Shown one piece after another: positions 45,106 through 53,348 of a DNA stretch of 64,000 nucleotides (the first letter of the stretch is position 1; each line of letters opens with the position of its first letter). The notes under the pieces are model-generated. The model searched no databases. It was not told the DNA's origin and saw only the letters and a list, made by a program, of their open reading frames with translations. The DNA comes from an uncultured Sediminispirochaeta sp. (GTDB lineage: Bacteria; Spirochaetota; Spirochaetia; DSM-16054; Sediminispirochaetaceae). The DNA is taken from positions 17,725-81,724 of the forward strand of contig CAZWDV010000008.1 of assembly GCA_964632675.1 (NCBI GenBank), given 5' to 3'. Both the position numbers and the translations under genes were made by a program.

Positions 45106-45119
45106 TGCATACGTATTCT
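45106..45119. promoter_or_regulatory. Operator-like palindrome S6, TGCATACGTATTCT
   Basis: Sits at or near the predicted +1 of the ABC operon. 182 bp from S5. The flanks of S5 and S6 are also similar (ACTGCATACGTAT-CT-GATT). Confidence 0.6.
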
Positions 45120-45187
45120 TGATTAAATGTGTGTAACAGGCGTTCTTTCTACACAAAAGAAGGACGTCAAAATATAAGGAGGAGAAA

Positions 45188-46519
45188 ATGAAAAAAACTA
45201 TTTTATTAGTTTTGATCCTGGCAGTGTTTTTTGGAATGAGCGCGTTTGCCGGTGGCCAGCAGGAAGCTGGTGGTGAAGCTTCGGCCGAGGCTGCAGCAGA
45301 GTTTGGTATTGAAGCGCCTGCACAGAGCGTGTCTGTCGACATGATTGGGTGGGCCTTTCCCATTACAGAGTTCTATGCCGATGAATTAAAGAAGCTTAAT
45401 GCAATCGATAATTTAAAAGTAAATACCCAGCTTCTTGATTCGGCCAGTGCCCAGGAACAGGTGCGATTGGCCCTTTCAGGCGGAAAGGAGTCTCCCTACG
45501 CCATTGTTCATGCATCCAACTCACAGATGAACGAGTGGGGGTTTAACGGTTGGCTGACGCCTCTGGACGATCTCATCGACAAGTACGAGGACGAGTATGA
45601 TCTCGGGGATATTCCTCAGAACATGTGGGATGCGGCGACGATAAACGGAAAGGTCATGGGAATCCCCATCACCTCCAACACCTTCCAGCTGATCTATCGT
45701 GAAGACCTCTTCGAAAAACACGGAATCGATGTTCCCGAAACCTATGAAGAAGTTATTCGCGCTGCCCAAAAATTGCGGGAAAACGAATCGAGTATAGATG
45801 TTCCCTTTACAATGAATCTCCATGCAGGTTGGGCATGGGAAATCGAGTTCCTGCATTTCCTCCGCGCCTTCGGAGGCAGCTACATCAACGACGATAACAC
45901 CTGTGCCTTTAACAGCGAAGCGGGTGTAAAGGCCCTCAATTTGCTAAAAGAGGTTTCCGATAAGGCAATGGGGCAGGTCGGTATGTCTTACAGCATAGAC
46001 GACAGCGAGATCGGTCTGCAAACAGGACGTCTGGCCTTCGCCAACATCTGGGCCAGCCGCGCTTCGGGAATGCTCGATCCGGATAAGTCGAATTATCCCG
46101 ACGAGCTCAGTTTTGCCCCTTCACCCAGGCCAACTAAAAACGGACCGCGCGGTGCCAGTACCTACAACGATTTTTACTGCATCCCGGAAACTACCAAGGT
46201 GGATAAAGAGTTGATCTTCAAGGTCATCATGGAAGCTGTGGATCTTGAAAGCCAGGAAAAGGCAGCCGGATACGGTATCCCCACAAGGCAGAAAGCGGTA
46301 GAAAGCGAATCTGCCGACGTCTATATGCCCGCAGCAATGGAAAGTTTGGCCGAAGGTGTCGGTGCCTACAGAGTAAGCCCGGCAAACCCAATTGCCCGTA
46401 CCGCCCTTGGGGAATACTTGCCCCTCGTAGGTACCGGAGAGCTGAGCGCAAAGGAAGCTCTTACAAAAGCTGAAGAAAAGTTCAACGAAGAGGCAAAGGC
46501 ACAAGGCTATATAGACTAA
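45188..46519 (+). CDS. ABC transporter solute-binding protein, family 1 (carbohydrate-uptake CUT1 type)
   Basis: 443 aa. AAGGAGG SD, signal peptide MKKTILLVLILAVFFGMSAFA. Family-1 SBP pattern (DMIGWAFP..., INGKVMGIPI, FQLIYREDLFEKHGI). Confidence 0.8.
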   Translation: MKKTILLVLILAVFFGMSAFAGGQQEAGGEASAEAAAEFGIEAPAQSVSVDMIGWAFPITEFYADELKKLNAIDNLKVNTQLLDSASAQEQVRLALSGGKESPYAIVHASNSQMNEWGFNGWLTPLDDLIDKYEDEYDLGDIPQNMWDAATINGKVMGIPITSNTFQLIYREDLFEKHGIDVPETYEEVIRAAQKLRENESSIDVPFTMNLHAGWAWEIEFLHFLRAFGGSYINDDNTCAFNSEAGVKALNLLKEVSDKAMGQVGMSYSIDDSEIGLQTGRLAFANIWASRASGMLDPDKSNYPDELSFAPSPRPTKNGPRGASTYNDFYCIPETTKVDKELIFKVIMEAVDLESQEKAAGYGIPTRQKAVESESADVYMPAAMESLAEGVGAYRVSPANPIARTALGEYLPLVGTGELSAKEALTKAEEKFNEEAKAQGYID

Positions 46520-46551
46520 CTACTTTTAGGTGAGTTATTTACGGTGTTCTT

Positions 46552-46577
46552 CCCCATCCGGTAACCGCCGGATGGGG
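46552..46577 (+). terminator. Intercistronic stem-loop after the SBP gene (partial terminator or mRNA stabiliser)
   Basis: CCCCATCCGG-taaccg-CCGGATGGGG, a perfect 10-bp stem followed by TTT. Located 33 nt after the SBP stop. Confidence 0.5.
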
Positions 46578-46618
46578 TTTCACTGTATTTGTAGACGTAA
46601 AACCAGGAGAAATACGAT

Positions 46619-47482
46619 ATGAATCGAAAAACTTTTTATCGATTTACCGCGCCGAGCAACCTCCTCATGCTTACACTTATGGTCTTTCCCATTGTGGTTG
46701 CCGTTTATATGAGTTTTCATTTTGTCACTTTTAGAAATTTAGCAACCCCTGAATTTAATGGTTTTGAAAATTATTTCTATATTCTTTCCGATCCAAAATT
46801 CTGGCAGGCGTTTCGCTTTTCTATTTTAATAGTTGTAGTAACTGTACCTTTCCAGCTTGTTATTGGTTTTATTGTGGCGCTCTTGCTCGATCAGGTACAA
46901 AACAGGCTCAGGGGTATTTTGATTGCTGGGTTTCTTTTGCCCTTTATCGTTGTGCCGGTTGTCGGAACTATGATGTACAAACAACTATTCCAGGTAGGGG
47001 GGCTTTATGCGTGGTTTTTTGAACAGATCTTTAATCAATCATTTGTGTTTAACTCCACTTCGGTCCGTACCCTCATTCTCTTTCAGTTGATATGGTATGC
47101 AACTCCGTATCCACTTGTAGTTTTCTTTGCTGGACTGCAGACTCTACCCGAAACTCATTTGGAGGCGGCGGAGGTGGACGGTGCGAGTAGATTCCAACAG
47201 GTAGTCTATGTAATTCTTCCCCATCTGCGACCTCTACTTCTCATGGCGACGATGATCTTGATTATGGATATGTACCGTATGTTCGATACCATTCTTGTCA
47301 TGACAGAACAGAATCCGACTTACCATGCGGAAAACTTGATGATGTACAACTTTCGTATCGGAATGCAGGTACAGCGACTTGGACGAGCAAATGCGACCGC
47401 TGTTATTACAATACTTTGTGTACTGGTGGTTTTAATCCCCTGGCTGCGCAAAACCTATCTTCAGGTAATGGATAAGGAATAA
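46619..47482 (+). CDS. ABC sugar-type permease (MalF/UgpA-like)
   Basis: 287 aa, 6 TM. The EAA loop region reads AGLQTLPETHLEAAEVDGASRFQQVVYVILPHLRP. Confidence 0.85.
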   Translation: MNRKTFYRFTAPSNLLMLTLMVFPIVVAVYMSFHFVTFRNLATPEFNGFENYFYILSDPKFWQAFRFSILIVVVTVPFQLVIGFIVALLLDQVQNRLRGILIAGFLLPFIVVPVVGTMMYKQLFQVGGLYAWFFEQIFNQSFVFNSTSVRTLILFQLIWYATPYPLVVFFAGLQTLPETHLEAAEVDGASRFQQVVYVILPHLRPLLLMATMILIMDMYRMFDTILVMTEQNPTYHAENLMMYNFRIGMQVQRLGRANATAVITILCVLVVLIPWLRKTYLQVMDKE

Positions 47483-47485
47483 GCT

Positions 47486-48490
47486 ATGAAACAAGTAAGA
47501 AATCCATACGGACGATTGGCGATATGGACAGCCCTTGCCCTTTTCTTTGTATACAGCATAATGCCCTTTTTTTGGACGGCCCTGCAGTCGCTCAAAACAA
47601 TCAGACAGGCCTTTGCGAGAAATCCGCTATTCTTTTTCGAACCGACCTTCAAAAACTACGGTGATTTATGGCTCGAATCGAGCAGTCAGAATCTTAGTCT
47701 CTTGGGAATAACAGTTTTGGGAGTTGTGGTGACTATACTGCTTCTGGCGATTTTTAGCGATCGAATTTCGATTCCCAGGTGGCTCAATAATACCGTCATT
47801 ATGCTGCTGATATTCTTCCTCATCTGGATAGTCCCCAGAATCGTTGACACTGCCGAGTTTTACAACTACTTTGTCAACTCAGTTATCGTAACCACCGGAG
47901 TAATTATCATTTCAATGTCCTTCAGCAGTCTTGCCGGCTACGCTTTGGCGAGATTCTCGAAAATTGACGGGGTTATTATTCTTATCGCTGCCCTAGCTTT
48001 CAGGGCGCTGCCGAGAATGGCATACGCGCTTCCCTACTACTCCCTGGGGCAGTTGACCGGCTTCCACGACACTTATGTAATGGTGATACTTGTACTCGTT
48101 GCTGCCAATCAGCCTTTTAGCGTCTGGATGTTAAGGGCTTTCTTTGCCGAAATACCCAAGGAACTCGACGAGCAGGCAAAAATTGACGGCCTCGGTCCGC
48201 TGGCAGCTTTTTGGAGGATCATTCTTCCTTCTGCTTGGCCGGGAATTATTTCAACAGCCCTCTTTACGCTTTTACTGGCCTACAACGAGTTTCTCATAGT
48301 GCGTGTGTTGACGCAAAAGAAGTGGACTCTTCCGGTGGCAATTGCACAGTTTACCGGAGGAGAGGCGCCTGGGCATTTAACATTGGCAGCCGCAGCGGCT
48401 GTCTCGGCCACAGTACCGATTATCATTATAATAATGATGTTCCAGAAACACCTCGTGAAGGGTCTTACCGGTGGAGCTGTAAAGGGATAA
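47486..48490 (+). CDS. ABC sugar-type permease (MalG/UgpE-like) with two extra predicted TM helices
   Basis: 334 aa, against 280 aa for the equivalent gene 53349..54191. EAA loop FFAEIPKELDEQAKIDGLGPLAAFWRIILPSAWP. Extra hydrophobic segments LSLLGITVLGVVVTILLLAIF and TVIMLLIFFLIWIVPRI lie between the usual TM1 and TM2. Confidence 0.8.
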   Translation: MKQVRNPYGRLAIWTALALFFVYSIMPFFWTALQSLKTIRQAFARNPLFFFEPTFKNYGDLWLESSSQNLSLLGITVLGVVVTILLLAIFSDRISIPRWLNNTVIMLLIFFLIWIVPRIVDTAEFYNYFVNSVIVTTGVIIISMSFSSLAGYALARFSKIDGVIILIAALAFRALPRMAYALPYYSLGQLTGFHDTYVMVILVLVAANQPFSVWMLRAFFAEIPKELDEQAKIDGLGPLAAFWRIILPSAWPGIISTALFTLLLAYNEFLIVRVLTQKKWTLPVAIAQFTGGEAPGHLTLAAAAAVSATVPIIIIIMMFQKHLVKGLTGGAVKG

Positions 48491-48523
48491 TTATAGTCTT
48501 CCGACTGTATATAATATTAAAAC

Positions 48524-48558
48524 GCAACTTCCTGTTTTTTAAAAAGGCAGGAAGTTGC
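48524..48558 (+). terminator. Stem-loop after the permease genes
   Basis: GCAACTTCCTG-ttttttaaaaagg-CAGGAAGTTGC, a perfect 11-bp stem 34 nt after the stop at 48490. Only a weak T tract follows. Confidence 0.4.
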
Positions 48559-48596
48559 ACTTTCATGCAACAGTGCAGATACACCAGGAGTAAAAA

Positions 48597-49772
48597 ATGG
48601 CGAAAAAAGAACTTAAACAGAATGAGAAGAAAGAAAAAATCGAATTTGACTTAAACGCGGACATAAGTGAAATGATTCCGCCCCAGAGTGAACGGCGGCA
48701 AAGTCTCGAAGGCTTCGACGATGATTACACCGATATTGTCGACTACATTGTCCGCTGCACCTACAAAATTTGGGACGAGAAAAATGTCGGCCTGGTCTAT
48801 ACCCATTATCATCACAAATCTTTGGCCCACATGCCCCACGGCCTGGTATACGGTCGCGATGATGTGGTTGCCGCCACTGCGGCAGCTCAAAATGCCTTTC
48901 CCGATTTCAAACTGTATGTGGATGACGTGCTGTGGCGCGGAAATGATCAGGAGGGCTTTGATACCTCTATGCCCAGTACCGCCGTGGGTACGAACCTCGG
49001 CTGGAGCATGTACGGCCCGCCTACAGGAAAAAAAATCTGTCGCCGCGGTATAGCTAACTGTTTTATCCGTAAAAATCGCATTATCGAGGAGTGGGTAGTG
49101 CATGATGATGTGACCACAGTGCAGCAGCTCGGCTTCGACCTCGATGAAACGGTGAAAAAGCTGGTTGCAGACGGGTATTGTGATGACCTTCAGGCTGAAG
49201 TGGGGCCGATTGAGAGGATACATGGAGAGGGAGAGCCTCCCTCTCTCCCCCCGAAACCCTCCAACCCGGAAGATGTGGAGGGGCTGATTCGACGGGCAAT
49301 TGAAGAAACCTTTAACTGGCGTCTGTTCGGGAAAGTGGATGAGTATTATAATGAAAACTATCAGTATCACGGCAGTAGGAATCAAACTTTCTATGGCCGA
49401 GATTCATATAAGAAGCAGCTTCTGCAGTGGATTTCGCTGTTTCCGGATGCTCATTTGAGTATCGACGACATTTACTGGAACGGAAACGCGAAAGACGGGT
49501 TTCGTTCCTCTACCCGTTGGACCCTGCGCGGAACCCACAGGGGCAACGGTGTTTTTGGTCCTCCCTCCAACCTGCGGGTCGAAATCATGGGTATTACCAA
49601 CCATGTGATCAAAGATGGCCGGTTTACGGAGGAACTGACACTGTTCAACGAGCTCGAGACAATGGTGCGAATTGAACGGGCCCGCCAGAAGAGTGCCGGT
49701 GGTGCTGCGGAAGTGCTGTCGGCGGAGGGTACCACAGCGGATTCTTTCCCAGCAGAAGACAGCCAGGAGTAG
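48597..49772 (+). CDS. Tandem SnoaL-like (NTF2-fold) protein
   Basis: 391 aa. Two SnoaL repeats: FPDFKLYVDDVLWRGNDQEGF...VGTNLGWSMYGPPTGKKICRRGIANCFIRKNRIIEEWVVHD and FPDAHLSIDDIYWNGNAKDGF...RGTHRGNGVFGPPSNLRVEIMGITNHVIKDGRFTEE. Same architecture as 32668..33660. Confidence 0.7.
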   Translation: MAKKELKQNEKKEKIEFDLNADISEMIPPQSERRQSLEGFDDDYTDIVDYIVRCTYKIWDEKNVGLVYTHYHHKSLAHMPHGLVYGRDDVVAATAAAQNAFPDFKLYVDDVLWRGNDQEGFDTSMPSTAVGTNLGWSMYGPPTGKKICRRGIANCFIRKNRIIEEWVVHDDVTTVQQLGFDLDETVKKLVADGYCDDLQAEVGPIERIHGEGEPPSLPPKPSNPEDVEGLIRRAIEETFNWRLFGKVDEYYNENYQYHGSRNQTFYGRDSYKKQLLQWISLFPDAHLSIDDIYWNGNAKDGFRSSTRWTLRGTHRGNGVFGPPSNLRVEIMGITNHVIKDGRFTEELTLFNELETMVRIERARQKSAGGAAEVLSAEGTTADSFPAEDSQE

Positions 49773-49775
49773 TTT

Positions 49776-50588
49776 ATGGCAGAGCAAGCCGGCCGCAGTT
49801 CACAGGATCTTTTACGGGAGTTTATTGAAAAGGTATTGGGAGAACGCCAGCTCGGCCGGGTTGAATCGCTCTGTTTTCACCGGGTAAAGCTGTTCGATAT
49901 CCGCTGCCGCCAGTATTACTCTGTGGCGGCGGTGCAGGAGCAGCTGCTGCATCTTTTCAGAACCTGTCCGGATCTCGAATGTGAAGTCCTGGAAGAGCTT
50001 GAAGACCTCCATACCAAAAGCGGCGCCGCTGCTTTGCTGCGTATAAAAACGGCCGGCCGGGAATACTCAGGGCTTATTATGGCCAGAACTGCTCGGGAGT
50101 GGATCACCACTCTCCGGTTTCTTTTTAATGTGGACTTTGATGTGGACGCAGACGACATCAGTCTGAACTCTTTTCCCGCAGCAGAGGTTGAAGTTGCCTC
50201 AGTACCGAACAAAATCTACATGCTGTATTCACACCTGAAAGAAGCGGAGATCTATCCGCAACTTGAAAATTACCTGTATGCCCTGGCCGGACTGCCGCGC
50301 ACGGAATCCTCTGTTGCGCCGGAGACTCTGCAAGACCCCCAGATCTGTGAACTACCAGGAAGTGTGTATCTTGCAGATATAATGGGAAAAAGAATCGGAC
50401 CACACGCGTATGCCTATATTCTGGCCTGGTATAAAGGACTGCTGCTGCCCCAGGGCAATGTAACGGTGAGCGGCGGGTCGTATATTGAGCTGGATACCCG
50501 CGGGCTGATGCGCGACATCCGCGTGTACGATGATAGTCCTATGGACCGACCGGGAACGGAAGAACAGCATGAACAGGATCAAACCTAA
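49776..50588 (+). CDS. Hypothetical protein with an N-terminal NTF2/SnoaL-like segment
   Basis: 270 aa. Starts 3 nt after the previous stop. DLLREFIEKVLGERQLGRVESLCFHRVKLFD...LLHLFRTCPDLECEVLEEL follows the SnoaL N-terminal pattern. The C-terminal ~150 aa is unassigned. Confidence 0.45.
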   Translation: MAEQAGRSSQDLLREFIEKVLGERQLGRVESLCFHRVKLFDIRCRQYYSVAAVQEQLLHLFRTCPDLECEVLEELEDLHTKSGAAALLRIKTAGREYSGLIMARTAREWITTLRFLFNVDFDVDADDISLNSFPAAEVEVASVPNKIYMLYSHLKEAEIYPQLENYLYALAGLPRTESSVAPETLQDPQICELPGSVYLADIMGKRIGPHAYAYILAWYKGLLLPQGNVTVSGGSYIELDTRGLMRDIRVYDDSPMDRPGTEEQHEQDQT

Positions 50589-51110
50589 AAAGTGAAAACA
50601 CGACCAAACGTGAGATTATTGATGCCACCATGGCTTATAAAGAAGTAAAGGGCGGAGTGTTCCGGATTCCCCGCGAATTGCGGGGGCTGAACTAGCTTTT
50701 TATTGATTTCGTGCACGCCTTATGAACAGAGGTTACTCAGGTGTACAAAGAGTTGTATTCGGACTATCTATAGAAAGTAGGGGTCTACATTTAGATTCAC
50801 TGCTCATGGCGCCGGATACATCAACTATGATATTCCTCCTGATAATGTAAAAGTGATGGTTGAAGCAGCGCATGATTTTTGCACATACCTGAAAAAATGT
50901 GATTCATATCGAAGGACATCTTTGTAATAGAACATGGAGAGAGACTTTTTTATCCATATACTAAGCAGCAAAATAAATGATATATCATTATAAATTATAT
51001 ATAAAATATTGTAACAAAATAAAATAAAAAATTTTAAATAAACATTTTTCAAAAGATATGTTTTATGTTATTATAAATATATTGAATTAAACAAACAAGG
51101 AGGAAATAGC

Positions 51111-52430
51111 ATGAAGAGACTACTTATCTTAGTGCTTGTGTGTGTTGTGTGCAGTCTGGGAACTGTATGGGCTGCCGGCAGCAGTGAAGAATCAGGATCA
51201 GCAAAACCGGTTATAAGCGCAACTGCCGCGGGTAACCCTAATGCGCCAATTAAACTGAAGGGGATGATCGGCTCCTGGAATACTATGGCATCCAGCGACG
51301 AAGCTCGAAAAACTTTTTATGAGGGGCAGCTGAAAAAATGGGCGGAAAATCACCCGAATGTATATGTTGAAATCGAACTGATTCCAGGTGGACAAACAGC
51401 ACAGGCTATGACAAAACTGTTGAATGCCGCAATCGCCGGCGAACCGTACGATTTTGCCAACGTAGACTCCCAGTGGGTTGGTAACTTCCATGAAGACGGG
51501 GTTCTGAGTGCAATTGATGAGTACGTGAGCCAATCTGACAAGGATGAGTACTTCGATTTTACCAAAATGGTAACCCAGCGAGATGGAAATCAGTATTCGC
51601 TGTGGGCTGAAACCGGAACGCTGCTCTACTATGTGAATACCGATTATGCAGCAGAAGCTCCTGAAACATGGGATGATATCTTTGCTCTGTCTGAAAAACT
51701 GCAGGCGGAAGATACCGATGTATGGCCCTTTCTCACTCAGGGGAAAGGTGCTGCCGCCGCTTTCTGTTTCCTGCCACACTTCTGGGCGCAGGGAGGAGTT
51801 CTGTTCGACCCGAACGACGATTTCCGTCCGGTATTCGGTGAGGGTAAAAACAAGGCAGCAATGGTCAATGCTCTGAATTTCTACAAAGAGCTGATCGACA
51901 GCAACACAACCCCGAAAGAAATCGTCGGATATGAGCACAAAGAGCTGCAGGCTGAAGCCAAAGCCGACAATGTTGCTACCATGATTGCCGGTTCCTGGGT
52001 AAATGGAGCGCTCTCTGATTCTTGGGAGTATACTTCTCTGCCGACTCCGAAGGCCGGTCAGGCTTCGAATATCTACGGCGGATGGACTTTCTCGTTTATG
52101 TCAGAGGATGAAGAGAAGCTTGAAGAGGCGGTGAATTTTATCCAGACAGTTTACACCAGCAAGGATGCAATGGCCGAACGATTGCCGCTGCACGGGTATA
52201 TCCCAACCCGAAAAGATGTGTTCGATGCTCCGGCGTTTGACAGCCCATTCTATGACCAGATTTATGAAGAACTGGAAGTCGGGCGTGCCCGGCCGGCTAC
52301 TTCTCTGTATCCGGAAGTGGAAAGCCTGCTCGAAGAGGCAATTGGCAAGATTATTGCCGGTAACGCCAATGTTGAATCAATTGTTGATCAGATGTACGGT
52401 AAAGTACTTACCAAATACAACGAGATGTAA
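51111..52430 (+). CDS. ABC transporter solute-binding lipoprotein, family 1 (CUT1)
   Basis: 439 aa. AAGGAGG SD. Signal MKRLLILVLVCVVCSLGTVWA, with a possible lipobox VVC. Family-1 SBP blocks. Confidence 0.8.
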   Translation: MKRLLILVLVCVVCSLGTVWAAGSSEESGSAKPVISATAAGNPNAPIKLKGMIGSWNTMASSDEARKTFYEGQLKKWAENHPNVYVEIELIPGGQTAQAMTKLLNAAIAGEPYDFANVDSQWVGNFHEDGVLSAIDEYVSQSDKDEYFDFTKMVTQRDGNQYSLWAETGTLLYYVNTDYAAEAPETWDDIFALSEKLQAEDTDVWPFLTQGKGAAAAFCFLPHFWAQGGVLFDPNDDFRPVFGEGKNKAAMVNALNFYKELIDSNTTPKEIVGYEHKELQAEAKADNVATMIAGSWVNGALSDSWEYTSLPTPKAGQASNIYGGWTFSFMSEDEEKLEEAVNFIQTVYTSKDAMAERLPLHGYIPTRKDVFDAPAFDSPFYDQIYEELEVGRARPATSLYPEVESLLEEAIGKIIAGNANVESIVDQMYGKVLTKYNEM

Positions 52431-52436
52431 TTACAT

Positions 52437-52463
52437 GGTGTGCAGGACGAGTTCCTGCACACC
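52437..52463 (+). terminator. Intercistronic stem-loop after the second SBP gene
   Basis: GGTGTGCAGGA-cgagt-TCCTGCACACC, a perfect 11-bp stem 7 nt after the stop. No T run follows, so it is more likely an mRNA-stability or attenuation hairpin. Confidence 0.5.
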
Positions 52464-52487
52464 CTATACTATTGGAGGCCTCACCTC

Positions 52488-53348
52488 ATGTTAGATAGTT
52501 CAAAGCGCTGGATTTTCGTGTGGTTATTACCTGTTGCCCTTATACTGGCTTTTTTCTATTTGCTGCCGGTGGTAGACGCCATTAGGTTGAGTTTCACAAA
52601 CGCACGCGTTGGTACTGCGGATATCTCTTTTTCCCTCAGCTCATACGCACAGGTCCTGCGAGACTCAGATCTAATAGTAATTTTACGGAATACACTCATC
52701 TTTGTAGTTTTCACAGTAGCTTTTCAGCTTATCCTCGGTTTGTTAGTAGGATTATTATTAGAAACACATCTGCCGGGAATGGAACTGCTCAAAGTTGCTA
52801 TGATAACTGCATGGGTTGTGCCAGGGGTTATTGCCGGAATTACCTGGAACCTTTTGTACAGCAGTGCCGCTTGGGGTGTCATTAACAATACCATCGAGTT
52901 GCTCGGTGGCGAGCGTATATCCTTTCTGGTGAATTCCGGGTGGGCCCTTATGGGGATTGTAATAGCCAATATATGGCGGGGTACCGGGTTTAGCGGTATC
53001 ATGCAATACGGTGCCCTGCGGGCGATTGATCCGCAGTTATACGAGGCGGCTTCGATTGATGGTGCAAGCGGTATGCAGCAGTTCTGGAGGATTACCCTGC
53101 CGATGCTCAAACCGATGCTCTTTATCAATTTGGTGCTGATAACGATTGCCACTGTGAACACCTACGATGCCATTTGGGCCTTAACCCAGGGCGGTCCTGG
53201 GATTTCGACTACTGTATTGTCACTGCAAACCTATAAGGCATCTTTTCTGCGGATGAATCTCGGACAGGGAGCAGTGTACGCGGTGTTGATGATTCTTTCA
53301 TCTACGATATTCACTTCGATTTATTTGCATATGATGAGGGAAAAATAG
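52488..53348 (+). CDS. ABC sugar-type permease (MalF-like)
   Basis: Start moved to ATG 52488 (GGAGG SD 9 nt upstream). The track start GTG 52440 lies inside the hairpin. EAA loop YGALRAIDPQLYEAASIDGASGMQQFWRITLPML. Confidence 0.85.
   Translation: MLDSSKRWIFVWLLPVALILAFFYLLPVVDAIRLSFTNARVGTADISFSLSSYAQVLRDSDLIVILRNTLIFVVFTVAFQLILGLLVGLLLETHLPGMELLKVAMITAWVVPGVIAGITWNLLYSSAAWGVINNTIELLGGERISFLVNSGWALMGIVIANIWRGTGFSGIMQYGALRAIDPQLYEAASIDGASGMQQFWRITLPMLKPMLFINLVLITIATVNTYDAIWALTQGGPGISTTVLSLQTYKASFLRMNLGQGAVYAVLMILSSTIFTSIYLHMMREK

Noticed and set aside
50825-51052. 75-aa minus ORF in the AT-rich spacer
   Set aside because: The Ile/Phe/Tyr/Lys-rich composition is dictated by AT-rich DNA. There is no SD, and it overlaps the likely promoter region of gene 51111.
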